From contig CBFFSA010000027.1 of the NCBI GenBank assembly GCA_965644495.1, positions 1 through 64,000 on the forward strand: DNA of 64,000 bases. Reading direction: 5' to 3'. A model generated the notes under the pieces. It had not been told where the DNA came from. It saw only the letters and a list, made by a program, of their open reading frames with translations, and did no database searches. Position 1 is the stretch's first letter; each line of letters opens with the position of its first letter. A program made the position numbers and the translations under genes. This DNA is from Perkinsela sp. CCAP 1560/9. Taxonomy: Eukaryota > Protista > Euglenozoa: Kinetoplastea. Shown here in pieces: positions 10,617-20,203 of this stretch.

Positions 10617-11725
10617 CGACTCACTCGAAGATAGTGCCAGCGTCTTTGCTGAAGCAGTGTCGTCAGCGTTTCCTTCGCAGTCGAAAAATTGTTCTGGTTC
10701 TTCACTGTCGTTATGGTTATTGTTTTCCGACGGCGGGTTCTCGTGGTGTCCTTCCTCTTCTGCATCTATCTGCTAATTCCTCTATCTGCTAAAACTGGTG
10801 CGTTTACCGTCGCTTTCTTGCCGCGTCGACAAAAAAGGTTCGAAAACAGGTCCTTCGAAAACAATTTCGCGAGTATTTTAACCGTTGCTTTGTTCGCTGG
10901 AGTTGGCGGGGGGAGCGGTGGAGGGAGAAGTGGGGTATGCGGCTGGGGGGTATGAGACTCAGTTGTGATACGCGACTCGATGACTTCCTCCGGAAGAGGC
11001 GACGTGTTACACGGCTCAGAAATTCTATGCGACTCGATGTCCTGTGCAGCGGGGAGTTTCGCTAGCCTTTCTTGGCGTAAAGCTTCGTGAAATTCCCAGC
11101 GAGCTTGTTTGCGCTCTTTTCTTTGGAGGTAGAATTCTTCGTCAGAAAGAATCCGAGCTGACGGATTTAGCGGCCGCAGAACTATATCATTGATCGGTAC
11201 CTCTGCGTCTTCTTCTCTAACGGCACCGGCTCTGTGTGGCGATCTGGGGGCGGGGGAGCAGGAAAGCGCCTTAGCATAAGTAAGCGAAGTGTCAGTTGAC
11301 GAAAGCTTTTCCACCCTTTGCATTTGTTTTAAGATAGGCGAGGGGTTATCGGATCTTAGCGACGTGTTAGCCCTCACCCGCGCTCTCCGGGATAACGTGT
11401 GCATGCTGGTACGTGGAGGTGGTGGCGAAAAGGGATGCGCAGGCGGCGGTGGCGGACATGTTCTCATTTTACACCGTACGGATGCTGACGTTGGTGGTGA
11501 TGGCGTCGTCGGCGGTGGCGGCCGTGGTGGTGATTGTTCGGGTGATTGTTCGAGCGGCGGGGGTGGTGACGGTGGTGGTTGTGGGGTGGGCTTCTCTTTC
11601 TTCTTCCGGCGTGTGGGGGGAAGCGACTGGACAATGGGAGCTACCCCGGCATCCTTCGCCTTGGCACGCGTCAGCATGCCCATTTTCGGAAAAAGAGTAG
11701 GAAAAAAAAACAACAAGGTACAGAA
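8262..11725 (-). mobile_element. Family A copy 3
   Basis: Near-identical; 3-bp deletion in the Pro-rich ORF. Confidence 0.92.
10766..11683 (-). CDS. Pro-rich N-terminal ORF (A copy 3)
   Basis: As copy 1. Confidence 0.7.
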   Translation of the reverse strand: MGMLTRAKAKDAGVAPIVQSLPPTRRKKKEKPTPQPPPSPPPPLEQSPEQSPPRPPPPTTPSPPTSASVRCKMRTCPPPPPAHPFSPPPPRTSMHTLSRRARVRANTSLRSDNPSPILKQMQRVEKLSSTDTSLTYAKALSCSPAPRSPHRAGAVREEDAEVPINDIVLRPLNPSARILSDEEFYLQRKERKQARWEFHEALRQERLAKLPAAQDIESHRISEPCNTSPLPEEVIESRITTESHTPQPHTPLLPPPLPPPTPANKATVKILAKLFSKDLFSNLFCRRGKKATVNAPVLADRGISR

Positions 11726-11727
11726 GG

Positions 11728-12204
11728 TTGTTAAGACCCTTTCTTTTGTTAAGACCCCTTCTATTGTTAAGACCCTTTCTTTTGTTAAGACCCTTTCTTT
11801 TGTTAAGACCCTTTCTTTTGTTAAGACCCTTTCTTTTGTTAAGACCCTTTCTTTTGTTATGACCCTTTCTTTTGTTAAGACCCTTTCTTTTGTTAAGACC
11901 CTTTCTTTTGTTAAGACCCTTTCTTTTGTTAAGACCCTTTCTTTTGTTAAGACCCTTTCTTTTGTTAAGACCCTTTCTTTTGTTAAGACCCTTTCTTTTG
12001 TTAAGACCCTTTCTTTTGTTAAGACCCTTTCTTTTGTTAAGACCCTTTCTTTTGTTAAGACCCTTTCTTTTGTTAAGACCCTTTCTTTTGTTAAGACCCT
12101 TTCTTTTGTTAAGACCCTTTCTTTTGTTAAGACCCTTTCTTTTGTTAAGACCCTTTCTTTTGTTAAGACCCTTTCTTTTGTTAAGACCCTTTCTTTTGTT
12201 AAGA
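11728..12204. repeat. Type 1 18-bp repeat, ~26.5 units
   Basis: Direct inspection. Confidence 0.97.
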
Positions 12205-14559
12205 GGGCACTAATCTGGTGGAGGAGGCCAGCGACATGTAACTTCCTTTAGCACTTGTAGCTCGTAATATGTCGGCTTGGCGTGGTTCTTCCATCAATTT
12301 GTCGCGTATGTATTTGTGGTGCAGGTCTTCTGTTGTTGGTTCATCGGCGGAAGGGTTATTATGATTTGGCTGAGTAGTTAGCTGTGTGGCCAAACCCGTG
12401 CAAGGGGCGGGAGCTGAAAGATATATTGGTCGCTCCTTTGCCATTTGCTTGGATTTAGTATACGCTGCTTCCCTAATTGGTTCGGAAGGAGTGATACCTA
12501 ACCCGCCTTTCTTAAGAGGAAGCCGTGTCCATGAGATTTGTTTTTCTGTTAGTCCGCCAAACCATGAGGAAAGAGTGTTGGAAACTTCTCCGTCAAATTG
12601 TCTCGTGAGCTCCGATGTATTTTCCGGATGATGTACGCGGATATGATATCGGTGGCGTACATTAATGCACTTGGAAAGCAAAAGAACAGAAACATTGTTT
12701 GCCCCCATTTGCTGAAGACGTCGGAATGCTGTACGGTGTTTTTGAAGCATCTGAACGAGTTTTTCGCTGACCAGATGACTGTCGCCCACGAATGCTCCTA
12801 GAACCTTTGTGGCGCCTGGCTCCCAGTTTACACCTTCCTGCATTAACTGATGCGGCAAAGGGATATGATTGATTCCCCCGAACCAAATACATTTACTGGA
12901 GGAAGTCTCTACGCGTTTCGACGTCAACAGTTCCTTAAGCCGTAAGAATGCATTGGATACCATTTCTGCGTCAGTCGATGCAAAATTGATGTCATCAACG
13001 AATGCATAAATACGTAGCGTGGGAAATTCGGACGCGATTGTTTCCAAGATTGGTTGAAGAAAAGCGCAGAACAAGATAGTGGATAAGGGGGACCCTTGGC
13101 GCACGCCAGCAGCGCTCATTACAGTGTTGCAAAGTCGGCCATCTTTTCCATAGTAAAGCAGCTCGGATGGAGACCCGTACTCCGCATTGAAGAGACGTAA
13201 GAATGGACGTAGGCTGTGGAATCCAAAGACTGCTCTGGCAATCTCGTCCCGTGATGGGGAGTTGAAGGCGTTCTTAAGGTCAATCGATAAGATGGCGCAT
13301 CCTTCCGCGTAGCGTTCATCAAGTTCCTGCACAACTTTTTCGCAGCCGGATTTAATCATCACTCCGAACTGATGTGGCGAAAACAGAGGGGGTAATGTTT
13401 TCTCGTGGCGCTGTAGTAATACAATTTCGGCGATTTTGAGCCACACCTCACCGACGGCAATCGGTCGAATTCCTTGCGCTGTTTTCGGAATTGCGACGAG
13501 TCGCGCTCTTTTAAGACGCTTCATTACTTCTTCAGGCAGTACCCCGTTGATCAGGTCTGTGAACATATGAGTTAAGCTCAAACAGCAAACCTCATCGTCC
13601 AGGAGAATACGTAGTATCGAGTCCGTCGTACCCGTAGGCCCCGGTGAAGCACCTTTCGCGAGTCGTCTGCCAGCCTCTCTCAGCTCGCTGGGGGTAATGC
13701 ATGCGGTGATAGGGGCGTCTTGTGGCAATCGGAAACTCGTTGGGAGATTCGGGTGGAGTGCTATGAGTTTTTCCACGATTTCTTCGTCGCTTTGTGATTT
13801 CGCCGTAATTTCTCGGTCCATAATTTGCGAAGCTTTCGAGACACACCCGTCGAGGACCAGGCTTGTCGCCTTTTTAATAGCGCGTTTATCGTTCGCGTCA
13901 GCGTTCGGTACAGTTCCTTCTGATCTTTGTAATTCATGATTCTCTTGCGATGATTCTTGATCGTCATGTGAGTCCAATGGACGGCGACGGCGGCGCTTCA
14001 CCGTAACTTTTCGAATAGTTGCCAGAGAGTATTTCATGGCAGAGAGAACTCTATGCCAGATGCGGTAGCGGTGTGGATAAGAACTATCGGCATATTCCCG
14101 CATTATGTCGCGATAAATCGCAACGACGCAAGGAATATATTCTGGAGACACTGTGCGTAATGTCGGCATCGGTTCGCGATCGAGATCGTCCTCAGTATGT
14201 TGTCGGCGCGAGTACGTTTTACTCGGTTCGCTATTCTGTTGTACGCGCGGTTCCCACAACAGTCGAAAGATGCGAACGTTGGAATGAGGGGGAATATGCC
14301 CATCAAACACCTCACCAATATTGTGTCCAATGATGCCTTCGTAACTTAACGCTAGTTTTCGAACGTTTCGCACTTTCCGAGATGTTTTAACAGTGCCACT
14401 CGATACGTTTAGGATGGGCGTGCAGTCAAAGCTCCATGCTACCAGGCACCGATCCCCTGGCTTCGCGTTGTGAGACAATCTGGATACTTCGTCCGGGGGA
14501 ATGGGAAAGTGAACAGCAGGATCAATTTCTTGACACATGGAGTTGGCAAGAATTGTCAA
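12199..14559 (-). CDS. Reverse transcriptase, truncated (A copy 4)
   Basis: As copy 1. Confidence 0.9.
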   Translation of the reverse strand: MTILANSMCQEIDPAVHFPIPPDEVSRLSHNAKPGDRCLVAWSFDCTPILNVSSGTVKTSRKVRNVRKLALSYEGIIGHNIGEVFDGHIPPHSNVRIFRLLWEPRVQQNSEPSKTYSRRQHTEDDLDREPMPTLRTVSPEYIPCVVAIYRDIMREYADSSYPHRYRIWHRVLSAMKYSLATIRKVTVKRRRRRPLDSHDDQESSQENHELQRSEGTVPNADANDKRAIKKATSLVLDGCVSKASQIMDREITAKSQSDEEIVEKLIALHPNLPTSFRLPQDAPITACITPSELREAGRRLAKGASPGPTGTTDSILRILLDDEVCCLSLTHMFTDLINGVLPEEVMKRLKRARLVAIPKTAQGIRPIAVGEVWLKIAEIVLLQRHEKTLPPLFSPHQFGVMIKSGCEKVVQELDERYAEGCAILSIDLKNAFNSPSRDEIARAVFGFHSLRPFLRLFNAEYGSPSELLYYGKDGRLCNTVMSAAGVRQGSPLSTILFCAFLQPILETIASEFPTLRIYAFVDDINFASTDAEMVSNAFLRLKELLTSKRVETSSSKCIWFGGINHIPLPHQLMQEGVNWEPGATKVLGAFVGDSHLVSEKLVQMLQKHRTAFRRLQQMGANNVSVLLLSKCINVRHRYHIRVHHPENTSELTRQFDGEVSNTLSSWFGGLTEKQISWTRLPLKKGGLGITPSEPIREAAYTKSKQMAKERPIYLSAPAPCTGLATQLTTQPNHNNPSADEPTTEDLHHKYIRDKLMEEPRQADILRATSAKGSYMSLASSTRLVPS

Positions 14560-15671
14560 CGACTCACTCGAAGATAGTGCCAGCGTCTTTGCTGAAGCAG
14601 TGTCGTCAGCGTTTCCTTCGCAGTCGAAAAATTGTTCTGGTTCTTCACTGTCGTTATGGTTATTGTTTTCCGACGGCGGGTTCTCGTGGTGTCCTTCCTC
14701 TTCTGCATCTATCTGCTAATTCCTCTATCTGCTAAAACTGGTGCGTTTACCGTCGCTTTCTTGCCGCGTCGACAAAAAAGGTTCGAAAACAGGTCCTTCG
14801 AAAACAATTTCGCGGGTATTTTAACCGTTGCTTTGTTCGCTGGAGTTGGCGGGGGGAGCGGTGGAGGGAGAAGTGGGGTATGCGGCTGGGGGGTATGAGA
14901 CTCAGTTGTGATACGCGACTCGATGACTTCCTCCGGAAGAGGCGACGTGTTACACGGCTCAGAAATTCTATGCGACTCGATGTCCTGTGCAGAGGGGAGT
15001 TTCGCTAGCCTTTCTTGGCGTAAAGCTTCGTGAAATTCCCAGCGAGCTTGTTTGCGCTCTTTTCTTTGGAGGTAGAATTCTTCGTCAGAAAGAATCCGAG
15101 CTGACGGATTTAGCGGCCGCAGAACTATATCATTGATCGGTACCTCTGCGTCTTCTTCTCTAACGGCACCGGCTCTGTGTGGCGATCTGGGGGCGGGGGA
15201 GCAGGAAAGCGCCTTAGCATAAGTAAGCGAAGTGTCAGTTGACGAAAGCTTTTCCACCCTTTGCATTTGTTTTAAGATAGGCGAGGGGTTATCGGATCTT
15301 AGCGACGTGTTAGCCCTCACCCGCGCTCTCCGGGATAACGTGTGCATGCTGGTACGTGGAGGTGGTGGCGAAAAGGGATGCGCAGGCGGCGGTGGCGGAC
15401 ATGTTCTCATTTTACACCGTACGGATGCTGACGTTGATGGTGGTGATGGCGTCGTCGGCGGTGGCGGCCGTGGTGGTGATTGTTCGGGTGATTGTTCGAG
15501 CGGCGGGGGTGGTGACGGTGGTGGTTGTGGGGTGGGCTTCTCTTTCTTCTTCCGGCGTGTGGGGGGAGGCGACTGGACAATGGGAGCTACCCCGGCATCC
15601 TTCGCCTTGGCACGCGTCAGCATGCCCATTTTCGGAAAAAGAGTAGGAAAAAAAAACAACAAGGTACAGAA
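12205..15671 (-). mobile_element. Family A copy 4
   Basis: Near-identical with a few SNPs. Confidence 0.92.
14709..15629 (-). CDS. Pro-rich N-terminal ORF (A copy 4)
   Basis: As copy 1; the longer ORF call is read-in from the repeat. Confidence 0.7.
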   Translation of the reverse strand: MGMLTRAKAKDAGVAPIVQSPPPTRRKKKEKPTPQPPPSPPPPLEQSPEQSPPRPPPPTTPSPPSTSASVRCKMRTCPPPPPAHPFSPPPPRTSMHTLSRRARVRANTSLRSDNPSPILKQMQRVEKLSSTDTSLTYAKALSCSPAPRSPHRAGAVREEDAEVPINDIVLRPLNPSARILSDEEFYLQRKERKQARWEFHEALRQERLAKLPSAQDIESHRISEPCNTSPLPEEVIESRITTESHTPQPHTPLLPPPLPPPTPANKATVKIPAKLFSKDLFSNLFCRRGKKATVNAPVLADRGISR

Positions 15672-15673
15672 GG

Positions 15674-16708
15674 TTGTTAAGACCCTTTCTTTTGTTAAGA
15701 CCCCTTCTATTGTTAAGACCCTTTCTTTTGTTAAGACCCTTTCTTTTGTTAAGACCCTTTCTTTTGTTAACACCCTTTCTTTTGTTAAGACCCTTTCTTT
15801 TGTTAAGACCCTTTCTTTTGTTAACACCCTTTCTTTTGTTAAGACCCTTTCTTTTGTTAAGACCCTTTCTTTTGTTAAGACCCTTTCTTTTGTTAAGACC
15901 CTTTCTTTTGTTAAGACCCTTTCTTTTGTTAAGACCCTTTCTTTTGTTAAGACCCTTTCTTTTGTTAAGACCCTTTCTTTTGTTAAGACCCTTTCTTTTG
16001 TTAAGACCCTTTCTTTTGTTAAGACCCTTTCCTTTGTTAAGACCCTTTCTTTTGTTAAGACCTTTTCTTTTTTTAAGACCCTTTCTTTTTTTAAGACCCT
16101 TTCTTTTGTTAAGACCCTTTCTTTTGTTAAGACCCTTTCTTTTGTTAAGACCCTTTCTTTTGTTAAGACCCTTTCTTTTGTTAAGACCCTTTCTTTTGTT
16201 AAGACCCTTTCTTTTGTGAAGACCCTTTCTTTTGTTAAGACCCTTTCTTTTGTTAAGACCCTTTCTTTTGTTAAGACCCTTTCTTTTGTTAAGACCCTTT
16301 CTTTTGTTAAGACCCTTTCTTTTGTTAAGACCCTTTCTTTTGTTAAGACCCTTTCTTTTGTTAAGACCCTTTCTTTTGTTAAGACCCTTTCTTTTGTTAA
16401 GACCCTTTCTTTTGTTAAGACCCTTTCTTTTGTTAAGACCCTTTCTTTTGTTAAGACCCTTTCTTTTGTTAAGACCCTTTCTTTTGTTAAGACCCTTTCT
16501 TTTGTTAAGACCCTTTCTTTTGTTAAGACCCTTTCTTTTGTTAAGACCCTTTCTTTTGTTAAGACCCTTTCTTTTGTTAAGACCCTTTCTTTTGTTAAGA
16601 CCCTTTCTTTTGTTAAGACCCTTTCTTTTGTTAAGACCCTTTCTTTTGTTAAGACCCTTTCTTTTGTTAAGACCCTTTCTTTTGTTAAGACCCTTTCTTT
16701 TGTTAAGA
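15674..16708. repeat. Type 1 18-bp repeat, ~57.5 units
   Basis: Direct inspection. Confidence 0.97.
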
Positions 16709-19063
16709 GGGCACTAATCTGGTGGAGGAGGCCAGCGACGTGTAACTTCCTTTAGCACTTGTAGCTCGTAATATGTCGGCTTGGCGTGGTTCTTCCATCA
16801 ATTTGTCGCGTATGTATTTGTGGTGCAGGTCTTCTGTTGTTGGTTCATCGGCGGAAGGGTTATTATGATTTGGCTGAGTAGTTAGCTGTGTGGCCAAACC
16901 CGTGCAAGGGGCGGGAGCTGAAAGATATATTGGTCGCTCCGTTGCCATTTGCTTGGATTTAGTATACGCTGCTTCCCTAATTGGTTCGGAAGGAGTGATA
17001 CCTAACCCGCCTTTCTTAAGAGGAAGCCGTGTCCATGAGATTTGTTTTTCTGTTAGTCCGCCAAACCATGAGGAAAGAGTGTTGGAAACTTCTCCGTCAA
17101 ATTGTCTCGTGAGCTCCGATGTATTTTCCGGATGATGTACGCGGATATGATATCGGTGGCGTACATTAATGCACTTGGAAAGCAAAAGAACAGAAACATT
17201 GTTTGCCCCCATTTGCTGAAGACGTCGGAATGCTGTACGGTGTTTTTGAAGCATCTGAACGAGTTTTTCGCTGACCAGATGACTGTCGCCCACGAATGCT
17301 CCTAGAACCTTTGTGGCGCCTGGCTCCCAGTTTACACCTTCCTGCATTAACTGATGCGGCAAAGGGATATGATTGATTCCCCCGAACCAAATACATTTAC
17401 TGGAGGAAGTCTCTACGCGTTTCGACGTCAACAGTTCCTTAAGCCGTAAGAATGCATTGGATACCATTTCTGCGTCAGTCGATGCAAAATTGATGTCATC
17501 AACGAATGCATAAATACGTAGCGTGGGAAATTCGGACGCGATTGTTTCCAAGATTGGTTGAAGAAAAGCGCAGAACAAGATAGTGGATAAGGGGGACCCT
17601 TGGCGCACGCCAGCAGCGCTCATTACAGTGTTGCAAAGTCGGCCATCTTTTCCATAGTAAAGCAGCTCGGATGGAGACCCGTACTCCGCATTGAAGAGAC
17701 GTAAGAATGGACGTAGGCTGTGGAATCCAAAGACTGCTCTGGCAATCTCGTCCCGTGATGGGGAGTTGAAGGCGTTCTTAAGGTCAATCGATAAGATGGC
17801 GCATCCTTCCGCGTAGCGTTCATCAAGTTCATGCACAACTTTTTCGCAGCCGGATTTAATCATCACTCCGAACTGATGTGGCGAAAACAGAGGGGGTAAT
17901 GTTTTCTCGTGGCGCTGTAGTAATACAATTTCGGCGATTTTGAGCCACACCTCACCGACGGCAATCGGTCGAATTCCTTGCGCTGTTTTCGGAATTGCGA
18001 CGAGTCGCGCTCTTTTAAGACGCTTCATTACTTCTTCAGGCAGTACCCCGTTGATCAGGTCTGTGAACATATGAGTTAAGCTCAAACAGCAAACCTCATC
18101 GTCCAGGAGAATACGTAGTATCGAGTCCGTCGTACCCGTAGGCCCCGGTGAAGCACCTTTCGCGAGTCGTCTGCCAGCCTCTCTCAGCTCGCTGGGGGTA
18201 ATGCATGCGGTGATAGGGGCGTCTTGTGGCAATCGGAAACTCGTTGGGAGATTCGGGTGGAGTGCTATGAGTTTTTCCACGATTTCTTCGTCGCTTTGTG
18301 ATTTCGCCGTAATTTCTCGGTCCATAATTTGCGAAGCTTTCGAGACACACCCGTCGAGGACCAGGCTTGTCGCCTTTTTAATAGCGCGTTTATCGTTCGC
18401 GTCAGCGTTCGGTACAGTTCCTTCTGATCTTTGTAATTCATGATTCTCTTGCGATGATTCTTGATCGTCATGTGAGTCCAATGGACGGCGACGGCGGCGC
18501 TTCACCGTAACTTTTCGAATAGTTGCCAGAGAGTATTTCATGGCAGAGAGAACTCTATGCCAGATGCGGTAGCGGTGTGGATAAGAACTATCGGCATATT
18601 CCCGCATTATGTCGCGATAAATCGCAACGACGCAAGGAATATATTCTGGAGACACTGTGCGTAATGTCGGCATCGGTTCGCGATCGAGATCGTCCTCAGT
18701 ATGTTGTCGGCGCGAGTACGTTTTACTCGGTTCGCTATTCTGTTGTACGCGCGGTTCCCACAACAGTCGAAAGATGCGAACGTTGGAATGAGGGGGAATA
18801 TGCCCATCAAACACCTCACCAATATTGTGTCCAATGATGCCTTCGTAACTTAACGCTAGTTTTCGAACGTTTCGCACTTTCCGAGATGTTTTAACAGTGC
18901 CACTCGATACGTTTAGGATGGGCGTGCAGTCAAAGCTCCATGCTACCAGGCACCGATCCCCTGGCTTCGCGTTGTGAGACAATCTGGATACTTCGTCCGG
19001 GGGAATGGGAAAGTGAACAGCAGGATCAATTTCTTGACACATGGAGTTGGCAAGAATTGTCAA
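16703..19063 (-). CDS. Reverse transcriptase, truncated (A copy 5)
   Basis: As copy 1. Confidence 0.9.
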   Translation of the reverse strand: MTILANSMCQEIDPAVHFPIPPDEVSRLSHNAKPGDRCLVAWSFDCTPILNVSSGTVKTSRKVRNVRKLALSYEGIIGHNIGEVFDGHIPPHSNVRIFRLLWEPRVQQNSEPSKTYSRRQHTEDDLDREPMPTLRTVSPEYIPCVVAIYRDIMREYADSSYPHRYRIWHRVLSAMKYSLATIRKVTVKRRRRRPLDSHDDQESSQENHELQRSEGTVPNADANDKRAIKKATSLVLDGCVSKASQIMDREITAKSQSDEEIVEKLIALHPNLPTSFRLPQDAPITACITPSELREAGRRLAKGASPGPTGTTDSILRILLDDEVCCLSLTHMFTDLINGVLPEEVMKRLKRARLVAIPKTAQGIRPIAVGEVWLKIAEIVLLQRHEKTLPPLFSPHQFGVMIKSGCEKVVHELDERYAEGCAILSIDLKNAFNSPSRDEIARAVFGFHSLRPFLRLFNAEYGSPSELLYYGKDGRLCNTVMSAAGVRQGSPLSTILFCAFLQPILETIASEFPTLRIYAFVDDINFASTDAEMVSNAFLRLKELLTSKRVETSSSKCIWFGGINHIPLPHQLMQEGVNWEPGATKVLGAFVGDSHLVSEKLVQMLQKHRTAFRRLQQMGANNVSVLLLSKCINVRHRYHIRVHHPENTSELTRQFDGEVSNTLSSWFGGLTEKQISWTRLPLKKGGLGITPSEPIREAAYTKSKQMATERPIYLSAPAPCTGLATQLTTQPNHNNPSADEPTTEDLHHKYIRDKLMEEPRQADILRATSAKGSYTSLASSTRLVPS

Positions 19064-20175
19064 CGACTCACTCGAAGATAGTGCCAGCGTCTTTGCTGAA
19101 GCAGTGTCGTCAGCGTTTCCTTCGCAGTCGAAAAATTGTTCTGGTTCTTCACTGTCGTTATGGTTATTGTTTTCCGACGGCGGGTTCTCGTGGTGTCCTT
19201 CCTCTTCTGCATCTATCTGCTAATTCCTCTATCTGCTAAAACTGGTGCGTTTACCGTCGCTTTCTTGCCGCGTCGACAAAAAAGGTTCGAAAACAGGTCC
19301 TTCGAAAACAATTTCGCGGGTATTTTAACCGTTGCTTTGTTCGCTGGAGTTGGCGGGGGGAGCGGTGGAGGGAGAAGTGGGGTATGCGGCTGGGGGGTAT
19401 GAGACTCAGTTGTGATACGCGACTCGATGACTTCCTCCGGAAGAGGCGACGTGTTACACGGCTCAGAAATTCTATGCGACTCGATGTCCTGTGCAGAGGG
19501 GAGTTTCGCTAGCCTTTCTTGGCGTAAAGCTTCGTGAAATTCCCAGCGAGCTTGTTTGCGCTCTTTTCTTTGGAGGTAGAATTCTTCGTCAGAAAGAATC
19601 CGAGCTGACGGATTTAGCGGCCGCAGAACTATATCATTGATCGGTACCTCTGCGTCTTCTTCTCTAACGGCACCGGCTCTGTGTGGCGATCTGGGGGCGG
19701 GGGAGCAGGAAAGCGCCTTAGCATAAGTAAGCGAAGTGTCAGTTGACGAAAGCTTTTCCACCCTTTGCATTTGTTTTAAGATAGGCGAGGGGTTATCGGA
19801 TCTTAGCGACGTGTTAGCCCTCACCCGCGCTCTCCGGGATAACGTGTGCATGCTGGTACGTGGAGGTGGTGGCGAAAAGGGATGCGCAGGCGGCGGTGGC
19901 GGACATGTTCTCATTTTACACCGTACGGATGCTGACGTTGATGGTGGTGATGGCGTCGTCGGCGGTGGCGGCCGTGGTGGTGATTGTTCGGGTGATTGTT
20001 CGAGCGGCGGGGGTGGTGACGGTGGTGGTTGTGGGGTGGGCTTCTCTTTCTTCTTCCGGCGTGTGGGGGGAAGCGACTGGACAATGGGAGCTACCCCGGC
20101 ATCCTTCGCCTTGGCACGCGTCAGCATGCCCATTTTCGGAAAAAGAGTAGGAAAAAAAAACAACAAGGTACAGAA
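16709..20175 (-). mobile_element. Family A copy 5
   Basis: Near-identical; followed by only ~1.4 repeat units (20178-20203). Confidence 0.92.
19213..20133 (-). CDS. Pro-rich N-terminal ORF (A copy 5)
   Basis: As copy 1. Confidence 0.7.
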   Translation of the reverse strand: MGMLTRAKAKDAGVAPIVQSLPPTRRKKKEKPTPQPPPSPPPPLEQSPEQSPPRPPPPTTPSPPSTSASVRCKMRTCPPPPPAHPFSPPPPRTSMHTLSRRARVRANTSLRSDNPSPILKQMQRVEKLSSTDTSLTYAKALSCSPAPRSPHRAGAVREEDAEVPINDIVLRPLNPSARILSDEEFYLQRKERKQARWEFHEALRQERLAKLPSAQDIESHRISEPCNTSPLPEEVIESRITTESHTPQPHTPLLPPPLPPPTPANKATVKIPAKLFSKDLFSNLFCRRGKKATVNAPVLADRGISR

Positions 20176-20203
20176 GGTTGTTAAGACCCTTTCTTTTGTT
20201 AAG

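Noticed and set aside
587-19402. Short antisense and alternative-frame ORFs within the elements
   Set aside because: Shadows of the RT ORFs, repeated only because the unit is repeated
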